A stretch of 64,000 nucleotides of DNA from an uncultured Candidatus Actinomarina sp. (lineage in GTDB: Bacteria > Actinomycetota > Acidimicrobiia > Actinomarinales > Actinomarinaceae), in NCBI GenBank assembly GCA_902596545.1, contig CACJUH010000002.1:91881-155880 (forward strand), written 5' to 3'. The notes beneath the pieces were generated by a model that saw only the letters and a list, made by a program, of their open reading frames with translations, was not told where the DNA came from and searched no databases. This document shows, one piece after another, positions 58,462 to 64,000 of the stretch (positions within the stretch are counted from its first letter, which is position 1; each line of letters starts with the position of its first letter). A program made the position numbers and the translations under genes.

Positions 58462-59700
58462 TTAGGATTTATCTAAATTCTTCCAAATATTTTTTGTGGA
58501 TAAATACCAGACAAATCCGAATAAAAATCCTATCACTGGAAACAGTTTAAAGACAAAAAGTACACCATATACACTTGCAAGGTATCCAATCATTAGAGTT
58601 GATATTGTATTCATTAGAAAATAAAGTGAGTAATCAATCCCAGCAATTCTTCCCCTGAGTCTATCTGGAGTGAGAACTTGTAGTCCATATGTTGAAAATG
58701 CCCACTGAGATCCACCACCAGAGTGTCCAAGGATTAATAACAACACTGTTAGGTATAGAGATATTGAGAACGGTATAAAGAAATAAAACAAACCCCAGGC
58801 CATGATAGTTATGCCGATTGTATTCAGCAGTTTTCCATCTGTGCTTCCAAAAAAATATCTAATGGCAATTGGTCCAATAAGCGCACCAACGCCTCTTGCA
58901 CCAAACATAAGGCCTGTACCAAAATCACCGGTTTTATATATATCATATGAAAGAACAGTAAACAAAGAGAGTAAACCGCTAGCTGAGATACTAAATGTTG
59001 CTTTTGTAATAATTAAGGAAAAAATTTCTCTCTTAGATGCAGCATATTTAAGACCTTCTTTATAACTTATGTCCTCTTCTTCATCTTTATCTTGTGATTT
59101 TTCGCTCAAATTTTTATTTATCGAGAAGACTATTAAAGCTGAAAGAACAAAGGTTAGACTATCGATTGCGAATAACATATTTCTACTGATTACTGTCGTT
59201 AAGTATCCTCCAAGACCAGCACCTAGACCAGCCATCACACCCCAACTTGAAAAAAATATAACATTTGCCTCAGCTAAATTTTCCTTTTTGACAACATTTG
59301 GCAAAGCTGCATCAGAAGTTGGCATGTATGGAGAACCAACAACGGAAAGCAATCCAAATGAAAACAAAATAAATGTGACATCTTCAGTTGTTACTGCGTA
59401 AAGAATTAACAACACTGTCATTCCTGATAGGAACTCTGAAATTGCGATTATTTTTTTTCTATCAAATCTATCTGCTAAGTAACCACCAAAGCTTCCAAGC
59501 ATAAATAACGGTGCACTCTGAACGACTAAAACGAGTGAGGTGATAAATGGATTTTCAGTTAACTCATAAATTATACCTAATAGAGGTACGGTTAATAACC
59601 AGTCTCCACCTAATGTTATTAAACGGGCAGCAAAAAGTTTACGGAAGTTTTGATTTTGCGTGAGTAAAACTCTGTATTTTTGAAAATTTTCCATTTGCAT
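58462..59700 (-). CDS. MFS transporter (MefA/EntS-like)
   Basis: About 12 TM helices; GYLADRFDRK motif A; PDRLRGRI. Confidence 0.88.
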   Translation of the reverse strand: MQMENFQKYRVLLTQNQNFRKLFAARLITLGGDWLLTVPLLGIIYELTENPFITSLVLVVQSAPLFMLGSFGGYLADRFDRKKIIAISEFLSGMTVLLILYAVTTEDVTFILFSFGLLSVVGSPYMPTSDAALPNVVKKENLAEANVIFFSSWGVMAGLGAGLGGYLTTVISRNMLFAIDSLTFVLSALIVFSINKNLSEKSQDKDEEEDISYKEGLKYAASKREIFSLIITKATFSISASGLLSLFTVLSYDIYKTGDFGTGLMFGARGVGALIGPIAIRYFFGSTDGKLLNTIGITIMAWGLFYFFIPFSISLYLTVLLLILGHSGGGSQWAFSTYGLQVLTPDRLRGRIAGIDYSLYFLMNTISTLMIGYLASVYGVLFVFKLFPVIGFLFGFVWYLSTKNIWKNLDKS

Positions 59701-59746
59701 TTCAACTGTAACTGAATTGAGAAATAACTACTATACTTTAACAATA

Positions 59747-60454
59747 ATGAAAACTGCATTAGTAACTGGGGGAACAAGAGGTATAGGTCTTTCCACTGCT
59801 CAAAAATTTATTGATCAAGGATGGAATGTTTACATCACATCTAGAAAAGAAGAAAACCTAGAAGCAGTACTTTCTGAAAATTCACAATTAAAGGGTTTTG
59901 TTGCAAGAGCTGATGATCTTGCTGCTGCAACTGAGACTTGTGAAAAAATTCTTGATGAAACAGGTTCTTTAGATGTTTTAATTAACAATGCTGGTACAAA
60001 TCCTTCCGGTGGTAGTTTGCTTGATGTTGATTTGTCTGCAGTGCAGAAAACATGGGATGTTAATTTAATGGGTCCTTTAATGTGGACAAGAGAAGCTGTA
60101 AAAGCTGGATTAAAAGAATCAGTTCTGAATGTTTGTTCTGTTGGTGGAATAAAACCAGCACACTTTATGGGAGCTTACAATATTTCAAAAGCAGGATTAA
60201 TTTACATGACAAAACAATTAGCAATGGAACTTGCTCCTGACATTAGAGTCAATGGCATTGCTCCAGCTGTGGTTAAAACTAAGCTTTCAGAAATGCTTTG
60301 GGCAGGGGATGAACAGGGAAGTGCAGACCTTCATGCTCTTAAAAAATTAGGAGAACCAGAAGATATAGCTAGTTTGATTTACTTTCTTTCAAGTGATGAT
60401 GCATCTTGGATTACGGGTGAAGTTGTAACCATTGATGGTGGATTTCTCCTCTAA
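59747..60454 (+). CDS. short-chain dehydrogenase/reductase
   Basis: TGGTRGIG, NNAG, YNISK, RVNGIAP. Start placed at ATG 59747. Confidence 0.92.
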   Translation: MKTALVTGGTRGIGLSTAQKFIDQGWNVYITSRKEENLEAVLSENSQLKGFVARADDLAAATETCEKILDETGSLDVLINNAGTNPSGGSLLDVDLSAVQKTWDVNLMGPLMWTREAVKAGLKESVLNVCSVGGIKPAHFMGAYNISKAGLIYMTKQLAMELAPDIRVNGIAPAVVKTKLSEMLWAGDEQGSADLHALKKLGEPEDIASLIYFLSSDDASWITGEVVTIDGGFLL

Positions 60455-61393
60455 TTAGCCAATAAAGTATTTAGCTAATTCGTTATACAAAGGAATTCCA
60501 ACAATGATATTAAATGGAAAGGTGACACCTAAACTGAGTCCAAGGTATATAGCTGGATTTGCATTAGGTATAGCATCTTTTACAACCGCTGGTACTGCAA
60601 TATAGCTTGCGCTTGCAGTCAACACCATAAGTAATGTTGCATTGCCTACAGAAAAATTAAAGTTTACGGATGCCAGCAGAGCGATGAGTGAACCCATTAA
60701 TGGTGTGAATAAAGCAAAAGCAATTAGGCTAGCTCCTTTACCTTTAAGCTCTCCAATTCTTTTAGCAACTCTTGTTCCCATAACAAATAAAAATACGTAC
60801 AAAACGTAGTCGAATATTTCAACAATTATGAAATCTAAATTAGATAAAAGTGTTTTATTGAGAAAGTATCCAAGAAACAATGATGAGATCAAAATAATAT
60901 TTGGTATTTCTAAAAATGCTGTTTTAATAGTCTCTAAATTATTGCCTTTATTTTGCTTATTATGCGTAACTAAATAGAGTGCCATAAATATTGCCGGAAA
61001 CTCCATTACAACTAAAACAGCAGACATGTAGTTATCAAACTCTTGATTAGTAGTTGATAGATATGCAATGGCTGTTACAAAAGTAACGGCACTTACTGAT
61101 CCATAAGTACCAGAGAGTGCGGCAGCATCATCGTTATTAAGTAAATTTTTAAGATAAAAATAAGCAATAAATGGAATTAAAAGAGCAAATACTACTCCTA
61201 GTGTTAATGCACTTATAACTTCATTTATAAAGCCATTTTCTTGAAGGCTTGAACCACCTTTAAGTCCTAACGAAAGAAGTAAATAATAACCTAAGTATTT
61301 AGAAATAGAGTTAGGAAGGATTAATTTAAATAAAATTCCAATCAGAATTCCTGAAAGGAATAATAGTAGTGCTGGATTAAGTATGACTTCCAT
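60455..61393 (-). CDS. sbtA: sodium-dependent bicarbonate transport family permease (SbtA/DUF897)
   Basis: YLLLSLGLKGG, YGSVSAVTF, MEFPAI, ASASYIAVPA, SLGVTFPFNI. Confidence 0.85.
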   Translation of the reverse strand: MEVILNPALLLFLSGILIGILFKLILPNSISKYLGYYLLLSLGLKGGSSLQENGFINEVISALTLGVVFALLIPFIAYFYLKNLLNNDDAAALSGTYGSVSAVTFVTAIAYLSTTNQEFDNYMSAVLVVMEFPAIFMALYLVTHNKQNKGNNLETIKTAFLEIPNIILISSLFLGYFLNKTLLSNLDFIIVEIFDYVLYVFLFVMGTRVAKRIGELKGKGASLIAFALFTPLMGSLIALLASVNFNFSVGNATLLMVLTASASYIAVPAVVKDAIPNANPAIYLGLSLGVTFPFNIIVGIPLYNELAKYFIG

Positions 61394-61443
61394 TCAAATA
61401 AAAATGATAGTTAGGTAATAGATTTGTATTGTAGTAATAAAAA

Positions 61444-62205
61444 TTATTTTATTTTTCTTACTAACTCTTCAACTCTGTTGATGTCAACTTTTTTAGCAAC
61501 ATCATTATCAAATTTAAAACTTGTACCCACAATCAGTATGTCTGCCAAATCTTGGTAAGCATCAACATTTGTTGAAGTTACCCCAGATCCAATAGCTAGT
61601 TTTCCAGTTGGAACTATGTTTCTTACTTTTTGTAAATCATCAAGATTTATTTCATGTCCAGTTCCGTCTCCAGTAACAATCACTACATCTGCACCAGCTC
61701 TATGAATCAACTCATCTGCATGGTTTTCAATTTTTGAACCGGGAGGAGGTACGGCATGTTTTACAAATACATCAGCATAAATTTCTACATAGCTATTAAG
61801 GCTTGATTTAAACTGATTAACTCCGTGAGCATCACCTTCTATAACGCCTTGATCGGTAAACATAGTATTATTTAAAACATTAATTCTTACAAACTGAGAT
61901 TTAGTCGCTTCGGCAATTGCAAGAGCTGCTAAACCGTCATTTCTTAAAACATTTATTCCAACTTTGATATCTCGTTCTATTGATAGATTTTCTACAACTG
62001 TAGTGAAGCTTGCAAGTGTACGTTTAGAAATATCATTCTTTACAAATGGTGTATCTCCAAAATTTTCGATTATGATTCCATCAACACCACCATAAACCAA
62101 GCTATTTACATCCTCTTGAGCAGCGTCAATAATTTCATCGATAGATAATCTATTAGAAGGGGAGCCAGGAAGACTTTTTAAGTGAACTACCCCATAAACT
62201 TTCAT
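61444..62205 (-). CDS. BtpA/SgcQ family protein
   Basis: GVVHL..LPGSP, IENFGD.PF, GINVLRND, ADVFVKH, VTG..TG, GSGV. Confidence 0.88.
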   Translation of the reverse strand: MKVYGVVHLKSLPGSPSNRLSIDEIIDAAQEDVNSLVYGGVDGIIIENFGDTPFVKNDISKRTLASFTTVVENLSIERDIKVGINVLRNDGLAALAIAEATKSQFVRINVLNNTMFTDQGVIEGDAHGVNQFKSSLNSYVEIYADVFVKHAVPPPGSKIENHADELIHRAGADVVIVTGDGTGHEINLDDLQKVRNIVPTGKLAIGSGVTSTNVDAYQDLADILIVGTSFKFDNDVAKKVDINRVEELVRKIK

Positions 62206-62945
62206 TATATTTTTACGTGATCAAATTTAACGAATTTTTTGGCAAAATCACCTTCAGTTGAAAGTGTAAGTTTATGACCTCTAGGGACTCTACCAGTGAC
62301 AACCCTACACCAGTCACTTGCATTTCCTTTTATACTGTTTTCACTTTGCTCGTCTCCAAATTGCCAAGCTTTGTATTCAGGTCCGATTAGTTCTATTCTT
62401 AGATCTTGATATTTAGTTTTATTAACTTTACTTGCTTGTTCTGCATTTAACCATCCAAAAAGAGCTACATGTTCAACTCGTACAGTGTCTTCGTAATCTT
62501 TTTTCATTGCATCATAAACATCTAAACTGTGCGCCCATGTTTCGGCTAATTTTGTAACTGCGAACGTTCTACAATCGATTTCATTTTTCCACCAAGTTAA
62601 TTTCTTGCCAGGAGAAGATTTAGCTAATATTTCGATAACAGAAGCTCTAGACATTCTCCACCATTCAATAACATCTTGAGGTCTCATATCGCTGCCTTTA
62701 TTGATTGCTTCTTTTTCAAATTTCTCTAAACCTTTAGGTCCTCTATATTTATTAAATTCAGTACCTTTTTTCTTTAGAGCATTGTTAGCAAGATCTTCAA
62801 GGGCTGCAAGATAACTAACATGTGCTGTAATATCCCAATTTTTATATGTAGTTTTTGTATTCCAATTTCTAACAGGAATACTCTGAAGATATTGATCTAA
62901 TAATTGCTGTTCAGCGACGAGGTTACTTAATATTTCTTGCATCAT
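62205..62945 (-). CDS. maleylpyruvate isomerase (MDMPI)/DinB-superfamily mycothiol-dependent protein
   Basis: L.AEQ..LD, W...T...WDI..HVS.L, ETWAH.LD, RIELIGP...WQFG. The start codon is uncertain. Confidence 0.75.
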   Translation of the reverse strand: MMQEILSNLVAEQQLLDQYLQSIPVRNWNTKTTYKNWDITAHVSYLAALEDLANNALKKKGTEFNKYRGPKGLEKFEKEAINKGSDMRPQDVIEWWRMSRASVIEILAKSSPGKKLTWWKNEIDCRTFAVTKLAETWAHSLDVYDAMKKDYEDTVRVEHVALFGWLNAEQASKVNKTKYQDLRIELIGPEYKAWQFGDEQSENSIKGNASDWCRVVTGRVPRGHKLTLSTEGDFAKKFVKFDHVKI

Positions 62946-63037
62946 TATAAGTTTACTTGAGGTAAACAATTAACTCCAGTGTCAATTTGAGCAAAAAACC
63001 CCTTTTTTTAAATTAAGTTTGTATTTATGATGCATTT

Positions 63038-63253
63038 ATGAAGAAAATCTTAAAATTTGTTGTAGTAATACTTGGCTTCAGGTACGTTTTAAAACTTATG
63101 GATGAAAATGTTGATATCAAGATTCAAATTAAGAAACTTAGAAATGAATTAGCTAATTTAGAAACTGAAGATTTAGAAAACAAAATTAAAGATTTTTTTA
63201 AAAAGTACGACCCAAAATTTAAAGATCAAGAAGAAAATCAGGAAGACTTTTAA
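63038..63253 (+). CDS. hypothetical protein (N-terminal hydrophobic anchor plus coiled coil)
   Basis: 71-aa ORF; TATGAT lies 6 nt before the ATG. Confidence 0.6.
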   Translation: MKKILKFVVVILGFRYVLKLMDENVDIKIQIKKLRNELANLETEDLENKIKDFFKKYDPKFKDQEENQEDF

Positions 63254-63265
63254 AGTAAATAATCA

Positions 63266-63724
63266 ATGTGGAGATTACTAGGGAAGTCAGCACATCTCTG
63301 GCCAGAGTGGCTTTATAAGTTAGTTTCAAAAATCCACTCTAAAATTATAAAATTTAATCACTCCTTTTTAGGTGAAAAAATAATAGGTGATCACATTCTT
63401 TTACTTGAAACTATAGGTAGTAAAACAAATCAACTTAGAAAGACACCTTTAACTTATGCTAATTGTGAAAATGACTATATAGTTGCAGCTTCTTACAGTG
63501 GTAATGATAAAACACCAGATTGGTTTTATAATCTATCTTCTTCAAATCCATTTATAACAATTAATAATGAAAGATTTGAAGCTACTTATGAATTAATAGA
63601 ATCCTCTGATAAAAAATATTACTGGAGTTTATTGGATGAAGTCTACCCAACTTTTCAAATGTATAGAAAAAGAACTGATAGAGACATACCTCTAATTAAA
63701 TTTTCTAAAGTTGAGGCTTTATAG
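63266..63724 (+). CDS. deazaflavin (F420)-dependent nitroreductase family protein (Ddn-like)
   Basis: LLLETIGSKT...RKTPL, VAASYSG..PDWFYNL, YPTF..YRKRTDRDIP. Confidence 0.85.
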   Translation: MWRLLGKSAHLWPEWLYKLVSKIHSKIIKFNHSFLGEKIIGDHILLLETIGSKTNQLRKTPLTYANCENDYIVAASYSGNDKTPDWFYNLSSSNPFITINNERFEATYELIESSDKKYYWSLLDEVYPTFQMYRKRTDRDIPLIKFSKVEAL

Positions 63725-64000
63725 ACGGCCCTTTTCTAACTATTGTGTTCCATAAAGTTTTGTAATGATCTAAGTCTTCTTTATTAACATGAGGTAGTAC
63801 AAAGTTTTCCCAAGTGTCTTTTAGGGGGTCCGATGATTCTGCATAAACATCTAAGCCTATGGGGATTCTCTCTACAATTGTTCTTAAACTCATAGGTGTT
63901 TCTATATTGATACTTATATCATCTGACATAAATGAGTTATTAATTTCTGTTGCTAGTTTAATTATTAAATCTCTATATTCTTTTTGAAGCTTCGGATATC
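63705..64000 (-). CDS. C-terminal part of a gene running off the window; possibly an AAA+ ATPase lid region
   Basis: Frame stays open from 63998 (YPKLQKEYRDLIIKLATEINNSFMSDD...). PMSLRT resembles a sensor-II motif, which is weak evidence. Confidence 0.4.
   Translation of the reverse strand, partial: YPKLQKEYRDLIIKLATEINNSFMSDDISINIETPMSLRTIVERIPIGLDVYAESSDPLKDTWENFVLPHVNKEDLDHYKTLWNTIVRKGPSIKPQL

Noticed and set aside
63705-63929. 74-aa standalone ORF in the track
   Set aside because: The frame remains open to the window edge, so it is the tail of a longer gene.
1-64000. CRISPR arrays, tRNA/rRNA genes, IS elements, long tandem repeats
   Set aside because: Intergenic gaps are all under about 130 bp and none showed such patterns by eye; a covariance-model scan would be needed to exclude small RNAs.

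Overview
A very AT-rich, densely packed chromosomal window with many overlapping or abutting genes. The actinobacterial gene content and synteny (F420 biosynthesis cofG/cofH, F420-dependent LLM and Ddn enzymes, an MDMPI-family protein, recG-rsmD-coaD-yceD-rpmF-rnc-mutM-smc, rpsP-rimM/trmD-rplS-lepB-rnhB, xerC-rpsB-tsf-pyrH-frr, rimP-nusA-infB-rbfA-truB-ribF-rpsO-pnp) together with low GC suggest a streamlined marine actinobacterium such as Ca. Actinomarina (inference). I recognised no rRNA, tRNA, CRISPR array, IS element or prophage. The most unusual items are: (1) a GAPDH gene directly preceded by an equal-length paralogue that has lost the catalytic Cys and substrate-phosphate residues; (2) a divergent umuD/umuC cassette whose UmuD has a UmuDAb-like N-terminal extension, with an 18-bp palindrome between the genes, followed by a gene resembling phage thymidine-hypermodification proteins; (3) an 883-aa SMC with no recognisable hinge; (4) a CofH that appears to carry a decayed CofG domain behind an intact cofG; (5) a photolyase with inverted domain order and a Cys cluster; (6) an unannotated 35-aa membrane ORF with a leaderless promoter and a lepB that needs a non-canonical start. 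All assignments come from motif recognition by eye; no searches or computations were run.
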